Shown here: positions 1 to 9,947 of the stretch, in pieces
How positions within the stretch are numbered: the stretch's first letter is position 1
Layout of the letters: each line of letters starts with the position of its first letter
From: an uncultured virus (IMG/VR IMGVR_UViG_3300010885_003339)
Lineage: Duplodnaviria; Heunggongvirae; Uroviricota; Caudoviricetes
IMG/VR virus record: IMGVR_UViG_3300010885_003339
Length of the DNA: 64,000 bases
Direction: 5' to 3' (one strand)
Notes under the pieces: model-generated
The model's database searches: none
Told to the model about the DNA's origin: nothing
Seen by the model: only the letters and a program-made list of their open reading frames with translations
Made by a program: the position numbers and the translations under genes

Positions 1-2064
1 GAAAGAAAAGGTGATCCTATCAATGTATCTAACTTTGGTAAGGGTAAGATTGATGAGGCCTGTTGGGATGGTTACAAAGCTGAAGGTATGAAGAAAAAAG
101 GTAACAAGATGGTGCCTAATTGTGTGCCTGAGAAACAGTATCTAGAAGAGAAGAATGTACCTACAAATCCAGAACTATGGTCTCGCGCCAAATCTATGGC
201 TAGATCGAAGTTCGATGTTTATCCTTCAGCCTATGCAAATGGTTGGGCCTCTAAGTGGTATAAGTCTAAAGGTGGTGGTTGGAAAAGCCAAGCCGACGAA
301 TCTTACATCAATGAAGGTAAGAAAAAGATAAAGTTGAAGAAGAAACTTAATCAAGAAGATAACTCACTCGCTCTCGGTTATGAATTTGGTAACAATGGTA
401 TCGGCGATGAGTTTGGTGTTGTTCGCTCACCAAATGGTCTAGGTATGGGCTATTCATTACCAATGGGTGGTGTATCGTCCATGTCTGAATCAGTTCAGAA
501 GTGGATGAATGATGAGAAAACAAAGGTCAGATTTGAAAAGAAGTATGGTGGTCTTGCAGAACTCAGATTGATGGAAGCGGCTAACAACCTCAATAACTCA
601 CTATCTAATGACGCTAAGTCGGGTCCTAAGTCCTTCACCAATATCCGCGATAGTTGGGAAGCATTAGGTGGTCGTGATATGGGTACCGTTGCAAAGCAAG
701 GTAAAGATGAACTCGATGAAGTAGCAGATGACTCCAATGACATGGCCGATCAAATTGCTAAGAAGCTCGATCAACTTAGATCAAATGCTAAACCTATCGA
801 AAAACCTGATGATATTCCAGATATCATAGGGAGAATGAAGATCAACAAGGCTATGGATACATTCAAAGCCGGCTTGAAGGATGTGAAGGAAGGCGTGGCC
901 GTATCATCACCTGTTAGTAAAGCTAGTGTGCAAAAACCAAAGGTAAAATATAAGCCTGTTCAACCACCAAAAACTAAAAATGTTGATCCGGATATTGAAG
1001 TGCCGCAGACAACGGTAATAAATGCAATTGGAAAAGCAAGAACGCCTGATAGCGTAGAGCCTTCAAATCCTACATCTTCTGGTTCTTCAACATCATCAAG
1101 CTTCATCAAAAAAACATTGAATGTTGGTACTGGTGATAAACCTTCATCTGCACCACAGTCTCAAAGAACAGATAAAGATAATTCAACACCTAGAACGGAT
1201 AAATCATCCGCACCAAATGCAACACCTACACCTAGTACCTCGACAGCTTCCACACCTAGTGCGGCACCTAAGAGTCCAAGCAAACCGTCCAGTAGTGCTG
1301 GTGATATGTCTGATCCTGCAACTCTAATCAAGAAGAGAGAGGGTTATATTTCTCAGCCAAAATGGGATGTAAATGCTCATCGTGCCGGTTATGGTTCTGA
1401 TACGGTAACTAGAGCCGACGGTACAATTGAAAAAGTAAAACCCGGAATGAGTGTGAGTAGAGAAGACGCTGATAGAGACCTACAGAGACGTATACCTGAG
1501 TTTCAGAAAAAAGGTGTCATCGATCATGTTGGCCAAGATGCATGGGATAAATTACATCCACATGCTAAATCGGCAGTAACTTCACTAGCCTATAATTATG
1601 GATCAATAGGTAAAGATTATCATCAAGGTTTAAGAGATGCCATTAAAAATAATGATAATGAAGGAATGGCTCGTGAGATTGAGAAATATAAGGGTCATAA
1701 TAATGGTATTAATGCTGGTCGTAGAAAAGAAGAAGCTGATATAATTAGAGGTGCTGGTAGATCCGATAGCGAGGTGAACGAATCATCACCTGCATGGCAA
1801 CGCTCAGCCGGTAAGAATCCTGAAGGTGGTTTGAACAAAAAAGGTATCGCTTCATACCGTGCTGAACATCCGGGGTCTAAGTTATCACTGGCTGTTACAG
1901 AGAAACCATCTGAATTAAAGGCAGGCTCCAAGAAAGCCAAACGCAGACTGTCATTTTGTCGTAGAATGAAGGGCATGAAAGCCAAGCTGACCTCAGCTAA
2001 GACCGCTCATGATCCTGATTCACGCATCAACAAATCACTTCGCAAATGGAATTGCGAAGAATAA
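1..2064 (+). CDS. Modular putative internal head protein (5' end outside window) with an embedded GH24/T4-type lysozyme domain
   Basis: Frame 1 is open from base 1 (ERKGDPINVSNFGKGKIDEACWDGYKAEGMKKKGNKMVPNCVPE), so the ATG at 88 is internal. Lysozyme-like segment at about 1315-1752 (KKREG..WD..AGYG..SLAYNYG..RRKEEA). Other modules are flanked by IDE/LEE/INE/LDE/VKE/VNE sites. Confidence 0.7.
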   Translation, partial: ERKGDPINVSNFGKGKIDEACWDGYKAEGMKKKGNKMVPNCVPEKQYLEEKNVPTNPELWSRAKSMARSKFDVYPSAYANGWASKWYKSKGGGWKSQADESYINEGKKKIKLKKKLNQEDNSLALGYEFGNNGIGDEFGVVRSPNGLGMGYSLPMGGVSSMSESVQKWMNDEKTKVRFEKKYGGLAELRLMEAANNLNNSLSNDAKSGPKSFTNIRDSWEALGGRDMGTVAKQGKDELDEVADDSNDMADQIAKKLDQLRSNAKPIEKPDDIPDIIGRMKINKAMDTFKAGLKDVKEGVAVSSPVSKASVQKPKVKYKPVQPPKTKNVDPDIEVPQTTVINAIGKARTPDSVEPSNPTSSGSSTSSSFIKKTLNVGTGDKPSSAPQSQRTDKDNSTPRTDKSSAPNATPTPSTSTASTPSAAPKSPSKPSSSAGDMSDPATLIKKREGYISQPKWDVNAHRAGYGSDTVTRADGTIEKVKPGMSVSREDADRDLQRRIPEFQKKGVIDHVGQDAWDKLHPHAKSAVTSLAYNYGSIGKDYHQGLRDAIKNNDNEGMAREIEKYKGHNNGINAGRRKEEADIIRGAGRSDSEVNESSPAWQRSAGKNPEGGLNKKGIASYRAEHPGSKLSLAVTEKPSELKAGSKKAKRRLSFCRRMKGMKAKLTSAKTAHDPDSRINKSLRKWNCEE

Positions 2065-2070
2065 GTTTCG

Positions 2071-2078
2071 AATAAATA
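2071..2078 (+). promoter_or_regulatory. T4-type late promoter (AATAAATA)
   Basis: One mismatch to TATAAATA, intergenic, upstream of the ATG at 2108. Confidence 0.65.
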
Positions 2079-2107
2079 TAGAATAGGGATTACAAAGGAA
2101 TAAAACC

Positions 2108-5100
2108 ATGTTCAATAATAGAAAAGACCCACTAATTGATTCCGTAAAGAAAGTTATGGCCGAGAACGAAACTCGTCGTCAGGCTGAATTTGACTTGAAC
2201 GAAGAACTTGGTATTGCATCGAAGAGAGCATTACCACATGAACATCACGCAAACTATGATGCTTTGCTTGAGCAGAAGATTGCTGAAGCATTACATCCCA
2301 ATCAGCAGAAGCTTGATGTTCATGAACCAGAAAAAGATAAGTTGACCGCACAAGATTTCAAAATGCTTCGTGCTAAGAAGAAACCAATGGAAGAAGCTAT
2401 TGGTGACAAAGAAGGTACTGCTGGTACTTTGAGAAAGAACGGTAAACCTTTTGTTCCTGATACACTTGCAAATAGCCCATTTATGCAGGCTTCACCTGAT
2501 AAGGCACCTATGCCTCCCGAAAGACCAAAAGATTTAGATAAAGAAACTCCAACGCCTCCTGCAAGACCAAAAGACTTGAACGAAATCTCTCGTGACCTAG
2601 CTCGTAGGGTTATCCGTAAGGCTTCTGATGAAAAGGAGATGGGTTATTCAAATAAAGATAGATCAAAGGCTGTCGTGATGGCTGGTAAGAAAGCTTACAG
2701 CATTCCATCTGAACCTAAAGTCCGCGCAACAAATGAAGAAACTCTCAGTGAGAACTTAAAGTCACACTTCAAAAGCTGGACCAGTAGTGAAGATGCTCCT
2801 CGTGATGATCAATCAGGTGATGACAATGCCGTTAATCGTAAAGCCATGAGTTATCTTAGAGGAACAAAAGTTCCTAAAGAGAATCATGATGACATGGCTG
2901 AAAAATTAACTAACATGTTTCATGGTATGAAAGAAAGCATCAACGAAAATCATGTTCTCTACACTCACCCAAAGGCTGATATCAAGGTCGTTCGCAAGGG
3001 TAAAGGTTCTAAAGAAGGTGCGGCTATCGAAGTCCATAAGGGCGGCAAAAAAGTAGCCTCTGGTGACTATGATCATGGTGCCGATGCATTCTTTGTTAAT
3101 GTCGGTGGTAAAGGTCAGAAATCATTCGACTCAGCTAAAGATATTGCTAACCATTTCCATGGTATGTCAGAACAGTTTCAGCAGATCGATGAAGTCTCGG
3201 TTGACAAGTTAAAGGCTTATGTCGCTAAGAGAGCCCCACAAAGATACTCAACACCAAAAGGTGAAAAGGCTCAGGCTAAACATGCAAGAAGTCAAGGCAT
3301 GGTTGACAAGGCTAATGCTAGAATTGACAAAGACGATGAAAAGAAAACTGGCAAAAAAGTTTTCAGATCAAACTCACCACTCTATGACTATGATGAAGAA
3401 ACTCATATCTCAGGTGATAACATCTCTGAAATGGCTCCTAAGGGTGCCAAGTATGAGCGCATGGTAAAGCACATCAAAGATAAGTATTCTAAGGATGGTA
3501 AACTGAGCGACAAAGAAAAGTCAATCGCCTATGCTACTGCATGGAAAGCTAAGAATATGAAAGAAGGTCTCACTGCTGAACAGGTGATGGCTGAAATCCG
3601 TAAGAATCTTGGTGAAGCTAAGATGAAGAAGATTGAAGAATTTGTTGGATCTTTACCCGTTGATGATCCAAACAAACCTACCAAAGAAGTGAGAGATGCT
3701 ATTCAAACAAGAATAGACAACAGTGATGTAGCTACAAAAACTGTTGTGCCTGGAAAAACACCAGAAGATCCTTATTCAATGGGTGGTTCTCAGACTACTA
3801 CTAATAAGACAGCTACCTCGTCAGACGGACCAGCACCCGCAATGACTACTCCTAATAAGACAGCTACCTCGTCGGATGGTCCTGCGCCTGCAATGACTAC
3901 TCCTAATAAGACTAAAGGTTATTCAGGAAACGTCGGTGATGGCGTAGGTTCTGAAAAGGCTAAAGGTTATTCAGGAGACGGTGGTGACGGCGGTGGCGCT
4001 ATGAACAGGCCGGCTCTAGGCCAGCAGCGTTCGCGGGGCGACCAAGAACGCTCTGACGACAAGATCATCGCTAAGCCCGCACAGGCTCCAAGATCTGCGG
4101 GTGAGCAAGAACGCTCAGACGACAAGATGACTGACTCCGGACGTGCCGCACAGGCATCTGCCGCTGCTCAGAAAGCTTCTTCAGACGAACGCTCGGATGA
4201 GAAGAAGATCGGTGCAACTGATACCGGCGCAGCTAAGCCAGCTTCTAAATTACCAACTTTTGCGACTGGTGCACCTGGAACACCTAAAATAGCGCCTACA
4301 CCAACTGTAGACAAGAATGTTCCTACCGGTGGTGCTCCTGCCGCTGGTGCTGCGGCTTTGACAAAACAAACGACTAATAAACCAGCGACACCTTCTGCTA
4401 AGTTCCAAGGTACCATCAAGGACTTCCAGGCACAGAACTCAGGCGCATCCGTTGGACAGGCACTTAATGCTATCCAAGGCAAGACTGCTCGTCAGGGCGG
4501 AGCGAATGATCCATCTGTGATCCAGGGGAACATAGACAAGCAGCAAGGTTCCAATCCTGGCGCAGGTCCCAAGGCTTATAATCCTGGAACACCTCTTGCT
4601 CCAGCTACACCTTCAGCATCTAGACCTGCGGCTCCTAGGCCTGCTACACCAAGTGCCGGTTCATCCTCTCCTACTGGATCATCTACCATGCGCGATGCGG
4701 CTATGTCTGACCGTGGGGGTGGCGGTACTTCAAGCACCTCTCAAAATGGTGGTAGTGCCATGCCTAGCGGTGCCGGCGGCAATGCCGCATTGAGAGCCGC
4801 TAAACGAGATGGAGATGGAACGACGAGCGATACTTTCAACCGCTTCCAATCCAATAAACCTGGAACGACGAGCGATACTTTTAACCGCTTACAATCCAAT
4901 AAACCAGGGACCTATACAAGAGCGTCTCAGACTCCATCAAACGAAGTTGGTTCGCCAGCAAATGATACAGTAGGAACATCACAAAATCAGAATCGAACAC
5001 CAGCTTCAGATATATTAGCTAGAAAAACTAAACTTACTTCAGCCTTGAATACTCAAAGTAATAATACATCAGTAGCAGAGAGTTTCACGGATACCATCAT

Positions 5101-5119
5101 GAAAGTTTTGAAGGGTTGA
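2108..5119 (+). CDS. 1003-aa modular low-complexity putative internal virion protein
   Basis: Long ORF with RBS AAGGA. Short basic modules separated by LNE/IAE/MEE/LSE/INE/IDE/ISE/MKE sites. P/A/S/T/G-rich repetitive C-terminal half. Confidence 0.6.
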   Translation: MFNNRKDPLIDSVKKVMAENETRRQAEFDLNEELGIASKRALPHEHHANYDALLEQKIAEALHPNQQKLDVHEPEKDKLTAQDFKMLRAKKKPMEEAIGDKEGTAGTLRKNGKPFVPDTLANSPFMQASPDKAPMPPERPKDLDKETPTPPARPKDLNEISRDLARRVIRKASDEKEMGYSNKDRSKAVVMAGKKAYSIPSEPKVRATNEETLSENLKSHFKSWTSSEDAPRDDQSGDDNAVNRKAMSYLRGTKVPKENHDDMAEKLTNMFHGMKESINENHVLYTHPKADIKVVRKGKGSKEGAAIEVHKGGKKVASGDYDHGADAFFVNVGGKGQKSFDSAKDIANHFHGMSEQFQQIDEVSVDKLKAYVAKRAPQRYSTPKGEKAQAKHARSQGMVDKANARIDKDDEKKTGKKVFRSNSPLYDYDEETHISGDNISEMAPKGAKYERMVKHIKDKYSKDGKLSDKEKSIAYATAWKAKNMKEGLTAEQVMAEIRKNLGEAKMKKIEEFVGSLPVDDPNKPTKEVRDAIQTRIDNSDVATKTVVPGKTPEDPYSMGGSQTTTNKTATSSDGPAPAMTTPNKTATSSDGPAPAMTTPNKTKGYSGNVGDGVGSEKAKGYSGDGGDGGGAMNRPALGQQRSRGDQERSDDKIIAKPAQAPRSAGEQERSDDKMTDSGRAAQASAAAQKASSDERSDEKKIGATDTGAAKPASKLPTFATGAPGTPKIAPTPTVDKNVPTGGAPAAGAAALTKQTTNKPATPSAKFQGTIKDFQAQNSGASVGQALNAIQGKTARQGGANDPSVIQGNIDKQQGSNPGAGPKAYNPGTPLAPATPSASRPAAPRPATPSAGSSSPTGSSTMRDAAMSDRGGGGTSSTSQNGGSAMPSGAGGNAALRAAKRDGDGTTSDTFNRFQSNKPGTTSDTFNRLQSNKPGTYTRASQTPSNEVGSPANDTVGTSQNQNRTPASDILARKTKLTSALNTQSNNTSVAESFTDTIMKVLKG
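3793..3912 (+). repeat. 51-bp in-frame tandem repeat (about 2.3 copies)
   Basis: Units start at 3793, 3844 and 3895; encode TT(T/P)NKTATSSDGPAPAM. Confidence 0.9.
4816..4905 (+). repeat. 45-bp in-frame tandem duplication
   Basis: Units start at 4816 and 4861; encode GTTSDTFNR(F/L)QSNKP. Confidence 0.9.
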
Positions 5120-5691
5120 ACATGAAAAAACCATCACTAGAGGACACCGTATTAGGTGTCCTCTCAGAACAAAATATAGAAGAGCTTTATGGCAAAGGTA
5201 AACTTCCTGGAATGAAGGCTCATTACGAAAAGAAAGCGGCCGAATCCGAGAAAGCCGCAGAAAAGATTTCTACAACTCCTCGTTTCGCAAAAGATAAGTC
5301 TGCGGTGAGACAGGTTCTTTCTAAGTTTGCAACTTCAAAAGATATGGAATCAAAGGCTAAGAGAGCCGAGAAATTGATGAGCAAAGATATCGATGAAGAT
5401 TTGAACCGTAGCGTAGGTCATGCAACTCCTGGTTTAGGTGCTAGACACTCTCCTAAGAAAAATTCTTTTAAAAATTCTCTCGGCGCTTTAAGTTCTAGAC
5501 GTTGGGGTGGTAATCAAGGTAGAACACCTAGCACCTACAACGCAGGCACCAAATTAGCTGAGGCTAGAGAAGAAGTTATGAAGAAGATCAGTAAGAAAGA
5601 TGAAAAGGTCAGAGGTAAAACTGATACTGGACAATCTGCTGATCCTGTAGACTTTAAACCTAATAAACCAGAATTAACCACAAACCACTAA
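5116..5691 (+). CDS. Basic hypothetical protein, putative internal virion protein
   Basis: ORF overlaps the upstream stop; LSE/IEE/IDE/LAE sites. Confidence 0.55.
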   Translation: MNMKKPSLEDTVLGVLSEQNIEELYGKGKLPGMKAHYEKKAAESEKAAEKISTTPRFAKDKSAVRQVLSKFATSKDMESKAKRAEKLMSKDIDEDLNRSVGHATPGLGARHSPKKNSFKNSLGALSSRRWGGNQGRTPSTYNAGTKLAEAREEVMKKISKKDEKVRGKTDTGQSADPVDFKPNKPELTTNH

Positions 5692-5719
5692 ATAGTAAGA
5701 ATCAAAAGGAGTTACTACC

Positions 5720-6043
5720 ATGCCTCTATGGGGAAACAAAGACTACGCAACAAGCAATAACAAGCCTCTGTATGCAAATACTTCAACAACAACATCAAGC
5801 TCAACGATTAACGGTGCGGCTGCTAATACAAACCAATACTATGGTGTTGTAGTAGGTGTCTCAGCCACAGAACAAAACGCACCTGTAACAGCTTCGAATA
5901 CTCATCCGGGTCATGCTGGTTGGGTTAGCTTGAAGTTCGGCACAGGCGGCCGCGCAGGTCGTGTCCAAGCTGAAACACTCATTGCTATGGGTTCTATGAC
6001 ATTTGACGATCCAAAAGATAACGTATGGTTCTCAACCATCTAA
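5720..6043 (+). CDS. Conserved T4-like virion structural protein
   Basis: MPLWG..HAGWV..GGRAGRVQAETLIAM pattern recurrent in aquatic T4-like phages; preceded by ACTAAATA (5687) and RBS AGGAG. Confidence 0.55.
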   Translation: MPLWGNKDYATSNNKPLYANTSTTTSSSTINGAAANTNQYYGVVVGVSATEQNAPVTASNTHPGHAGWVSLKFGTGGRAGRVQAETLIAMGSMTFDDPKDNVWFSTI

Positions 6044-6060
6044 TTTGTAGGTATTAAGAT

Positions 6061-7812
6061 ATGCTGAACTCAGAACAACTTAATGAAGAAACGAATCCTT
6101 TTGCTGGTACTCCAGAAGGATTAGTTGGTATTGAAGATAGTGCAACCAGAGATTATCTAAATGCTCTACTTGCAGGTATTACAGCCGGACACTTCTTGAC
6201 TCCTTATATCGCTCTAGAGCGTGTGTCGAAGGTACTGGCTAACTATCAAATCTTCCCACCAAGAACATCTTTCCTCGAAGGTGATTCTGGTTCAGCTATC
6301 TGGCCTGTAAATCAGTTTGGTGGTAAGTTTGGAATGAACAACGATGGTGAAGTTGGTTATGCACCAACATCCGACTACTCAATCTATTTTGAATATCGGA
6401 TGTCCGATGCCGGTATGTTTGTGATATACTGTGAAGTCGTAAATCAAGAAGAACTAGATGAAATTCTTGCAGACGTTGAAGATGAAATGAATTATGATGA
6501 TGAGGATGATATCAATGAAGCCACACTAGCTGGACCTGAAACAGGAACTCATAAGATTCCTGGTGCCAGTAAGAATGTTAAATCTCCAGCAGAATATGGT
6601 TATGGCCACGAAGAAGAGGAAGATAAAATGGAACTAGATGAAGCAAAAGAACTTTATCATTCATCATATACAGATGCTATTCAGACAGCCGTAAACACAG
6701 CTAAGAAGCGTGGTTATGAAGTTGATTCGGATGACTATCAAAATAAAGTCTCATCTGGCCCTCGTAAGCCTTCAGAAGGTAAGACAGTCTCTCACAGTCT
6801 CAAGTTGACCAAAGATGGTAAACCTACTAAGAAAGGTCTATCAATTCAGGTCTATAATCGTGGTGGCGATAAGTCACCTTTCGAACTCAACCACTACATC
6901 TCTGAAGAAGCTGAACCCGATGATGGAGATGATATTGTTAGCAGAATAAAAGATACTCGCTCTAAGATGGATGCTACTGATGATCCTTCTGAAAAAGAAA
7001 GATATAAGAAGCAGCATGAAAGAATTATATCGACCGTTAATAGAATTCCCGAGACTCCTTCGTCTAAGAAAGATCTTACATCGAGCTATGATGGAGCTTA
7101 TGGTCTCAGTGAAGTTAATCTCGATGAAGCTATCGGCGATCATGCTGCTTTAGCAAAGTATGCTGATGAGTATGGACGCCTTGACACAGATGATCTTCAT
7201 AGAGCTGCTGAACATATGAAGGATCATAATATGGGTGCATTAAGAAGGCACCTCCAAAATATGGACACAGACCCTAGAGATAAGGCCCTAGAGTATGTTA
7301 AGAAAAAATACTATGCAAAACTAGGTTATACTAATGAAGCAATCGACCTTGCAAATATTATTCAAGATAAAAAAACAGGTCAAATTGCAACTAAGAAAGG
7401 TGCACCACCCATAGACCTTTCTAAAATTACACAAGATAAGAAAACTGGTCAAATATCTGCGGTAAACGAAGTCGTTACCAAGCGTAAGATGACCTCTAAA
7501 GAACTGGTTGCTCGTGCAGCCTATCTCTCAAAGCATAAAGAGAAAATGGCCGCTGCTGATACAGGTATCAAATCTTCTAAGTCATTCAAAGATGTTAACA
7601 CCGAGCGTGGTGATTACGGCAGTGAACCAAGCAAGATGAAGTCGGCTCCTAAGTCGAGTTCAAAATATATGGATATCAAAGAAGAAGATAAGCCTCCTTT
7701 TCCAGGTCCTTATGAGAAAAAAGGTGTAGCAAAAGATAAGAACGTGGCCAAGAATATGGCTCGTAGAGCCATGAAAGCCGCAGTCGAAAAGGCTAAGTCC
7801 AAGAAAAAGTAA
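6061..7812 (+). CDS. 583-aa modular putative internal virion protein
   Basis: Modules delimited by LNE, INE, LDE, ISE, LSE, LDE, VNE, IKE; internal duplication IDL..I.QDKKTGQI. Confidence 0.6.
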   Translation: MLNSEQLNEETNPFAGTPEGLVGIEDSATRDYLNALLAGITAGHFLTPYIALERVSKVLANYQIFPPRTSFLEGDSGSAIWPVNQFGGKFGMNNDGEVGYAPTSDYSIYFEYRMSDAGMFVIYCEVVNQEELDEILADVEDEMNYDDEDDINEATLAGPETGTHKIPGASKNVKSPAEYGYGHEEEEDKMELDEAKELYHSSYTDAIQTAVNTAKKRGYEVDSDDYQNKVSSGPRKPSEGKTVSHSLKLTKDGKPTKKGLSIQVYNRGGDKSPFELNHYISEEAEPDDGDDIVSRIKDTRSKMDATDDPSEKERYKKQHERIISTVNRIPETPSSKKDLTSSYDGAYGLSEVNLDEAIGDHAALAKYADEYGRLDTDDLHRAAEHMKDHNMGALRRHLQNMDTDPRDKALEYVKKKYYAKLGYTNEAIDLANIIQDKKTGQIATKKGAPPIDLSKITQDKKTGQISAVNEVVTKRKMTSKELVARAAYLSKHKEKMAAADTGIKSSKSFKDVNTERGDYGSEPSKMKSAPKSSSKYMDIKEEDKPPFPGPYEKKGVAKDKNVAKNMARRAMKAAVEKAKSKKK

Positions 7813-8201
7813 TGATTGAAAATCTTTGTGATGATAACTTCTTGATCTATGCAATGAAGTCCTATGATAAGCCTAATTGCATTATGAGTGAGTTTGAGGA
7901 AGACCTTAAACGGATCAAGTATGTTAAGAGACTTATTAAGCGTTATAGACTATCAGGTGATTTAAAGGAAAGATTAATCCTAAATCACCTGATAATCCTT
8001 GCTAATGTGTTTGGTGTTGAAGCCAGCGTAAGGATGATATTCTATAGATTCGACCGAGAGGACTTTGATATACTAAAGACCTTTCTAATGTTCCTGAACT
8101 ATATGCCTACCACCGTAGGAGGTATCAGAGGAACCAACATATACTCAGGTGATATCACCATAGATTTATTCGTGGCCAAAAGGTTAAGAGATAATATTTA
8201 A
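7812..8201 (+). CDS. Conserved hypothetical protein of T4-like phages
   Basis: NFLIYAMKSYDKP.C...EFEEDLKRIKYVKRL...ERLILNH pattern. Confidence 0.6.
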   Translation: MIENLCDDNFLIYAMKSYDKPNCIMSEFEEDLKRIKYVKRLIKRYRLSGDLKERLILNHLIILANVFGVEASVRMIFYRFDREDFDILKTFLMFLNYMPTTVGGIRGTNIYSGDITIDLFVAKRLRDNI

Positions 8202-8253
8202 CGGCGGTACATAGCAGTTATAGCATATAGGCAAGAGGTTGGCAATAGGTTCG

Positions 8254-8718
8254 ATGAAAAAGTTTACAAAAAAGATCAGTGTCGAAGAAGAAGCGCCGGC
8301 AAATTCCGTAGGCGGTGGAAACATCGCCGGTCTAGGTGTTGGTGCCAAGGGCGAACCAGGTCTCAACACTAAGCAAAGACTTTCCTATAAAAGAAAAAAC
8401 CAACTCGACGATAAATCTCGTGAAGGTCAGATGGCCACACTCATTCGCCGTTCTACACCTGTGATGGAAGAAACTCAACCAGTATCTAATGTTCGCAAGG
8501 GTAAGTTTGCTGGTCAAGATACCTTCATCGTTCCTTCTGATATGTTCCACAAGGCTCGTAATGAAAAGAGCAAAGGTAAACACTGGAAGACCTATATCGG
8601 TGAGTGTGAGTATGGTCAGGCTATACGAGAGTATGCTAACAAGAACAAGAAAAACTCTATTGTATTGGAAGATGAAAATACTGGCACCATGTGTTATGCC
8701 AGATATGGTAAAAAATGA
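8254..8718 (+). CDS. Putative internal head protein
   Basis: Starts MKKF (capsid-targeting-like), then VEEE-APANSVGGGNIAGLG..EPG motif; ATG 8254 preferred over TTG 8239. Confidence 0.5.
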   Translation: MKKFTKKISVEEEAPANSVGGGNIAGLGVGAKGEPGLNTKQRLSYKRKNQLDDKSREGQMATLIRRSTPVMEETQPVSNVRKGKFAGQDTFIVPSDMFHKARNEKSKGKHWKTYIGECEYGQAIREYANKNKKNSIVLEDENTGTMCYARYGKK

Positions 8719-8728
8719 GGATTGAAAA

Positions 8729-9352
8729 ATGGAATTGACTAGAGACCAGCTTGCACAGCTTCTACCAAAGAATCAATATCTCGACGATTGGTTTGCCGCT
8801 TTATCTAAGTTGCTACCACAATATCAGATCGATACACCTAAGCGTATTGCCGCTTTCGTTGCTCAATGTTCACATGAAAGCGCCGGCTTCACCGCACTAC
8901 AAGAGAACTTGAACTATAGTGCTGGTACACTTAGAAGAATCTTCCCTAGATATTTTCCAACTGATGAGATGGCACAAGAATATGTATCTCTACCAAACAA
9001 GCAAGAAGCCATCGCAAATCTGGTCTATGCAAGTCGCATGGGTAACGGTGATCCTGAATCTGGTGACGGTTATCGCTTTCGCGGCCGTGGTCTCATTCAG
9101 TTGACGGGTCGTGACAACTATACCTTCTTTGCTGGTAGCCTTAGTATCTCAGTCGAAGAAGCCTCTACATATCTTGAAACCTTCGAGGGTGCGGCTCAAT
9201 CTGCATGTTGGTTCTGGGAAACAAATGGTTTGAATCAGTGGGCTGATGAAGGTGATATTCTTACACTAACCAAGCGCATCAACGGTGGCACAATCGGTCT
9301 TGAAGATCGTATTAAACATTATGAACACGCAATTAGCATCTTGGGTGATTAA
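8729..9352 (+). CDS. Endolysin, glycoside hydrolase family 19
   Basis: FVAQCSHES..ENLNYS..YRFRGRGLIQLTGRDNY..TKRINGG are GH19 phage endolysin motifs. Confidence 0.9.
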   Translation: MELTRDQLAQLLPKNQYLDDWFAALSKLLPQYQIDTPKRIAAFVAQCSHESAGFTALQENLNYSAGTLRRIFPRYFPTDEMAQEYVSLPNKQEAIANLVYASRMGNGDPESGDGYRFRGRGLIQLTGRDNYTFFAGSLSISVEEASTYLETFEGAAQSACWFWETNGLNQWADEGDILTLTKRINGGTIGLEDRIKHYEHAISILGD

Positions 9353-9711
9353 TGGCTGAAGAAGTCGCACCTAAAAAAGATGATGATTGGATGCAGAAGA
9401 AATGGCGCCCTGCTATGGGCTGGATGTATATGATCATCTGTATGCTCGATATGGCTATCTTTCCTGTCATTTGGTCATTGACTCAAGTCATCACTAAACA
9501 ACCCATCACACAGTGGCAACCACTCACACTACAAGGTGCAGGTCTCTTTCATCTTGCTATGGGTGCTGTTCTTGGTATTGCCGCATGGGGTAGAACTCAA
9601 GAGAAGGTCGCTGGTAGTGCTGTAAACTCGGCATCGATTAATTATACACCTACACCTTCTCCGGTATATCAAAACAAACCTGTTCCACCACCATCACAAC
9701 CATTACTTTGA
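9352..9711 (+). CDS. Holin (GTA 3TM-holin-like family)
   Basis: KWRPAMGW motif, hydrophobic helices, GIAAWGRTQEK; adjacent to the endolysin. Confidence 0.7.
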   Translation: MAEEVAPKKDDDWMQKKWRPAMGWMYMIICMLDMAIFPVIWSLTQVITKQPITQWQPLTLQGAGLFHLAMGAVLGIAAWGRTQEKVAGSAVNSASINYTPTPSPVYQNKPVPPPSQPLL

Positions 9712-9718
9712 GGTTAAT

Positions 9719-9940
9719 ATGAAAAAGTTTCTGATTGCATCATGCCTTGCTTTGACAACCACCTTCTTTATGCCTTCAGCTTATGCTGTGGAAAAAGAAA
9801 AGGTAAAGGTCTGTGTTGATATAAAGGACAAAAAAGGTAAACCTGTAAAAGATGCTAAGGGTGTTACCAAGCAGAACTGTAAGATGATGAACAAACATCA
9901 AAAGCTTGACGGCAAAAAAGTTCCCACAAAGAAAAAGTGA
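9719..9940 (+). CDS. Small exported basic protein in the lysis cassette
   Basis: Signal peptide MKKFLIASCLALTTTFFMPSAYA; Lys-rich mature part with two Cys. Confidence 0.55.
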   Translation: MKKFLIASCLALTTTFFMPSAYAVEKEKVKVCVDIKDKKGKPVKDAKGVTKQNCKMMNKHQKLDGKKVPTKKK

Positions 9941-9947
9941 ATACAAT

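Noticed and set aside
3793..4905. Tandem repeats as a CRISPR array
   Set aside because: Units are multiples of three, in-frame and have no unique spacers.
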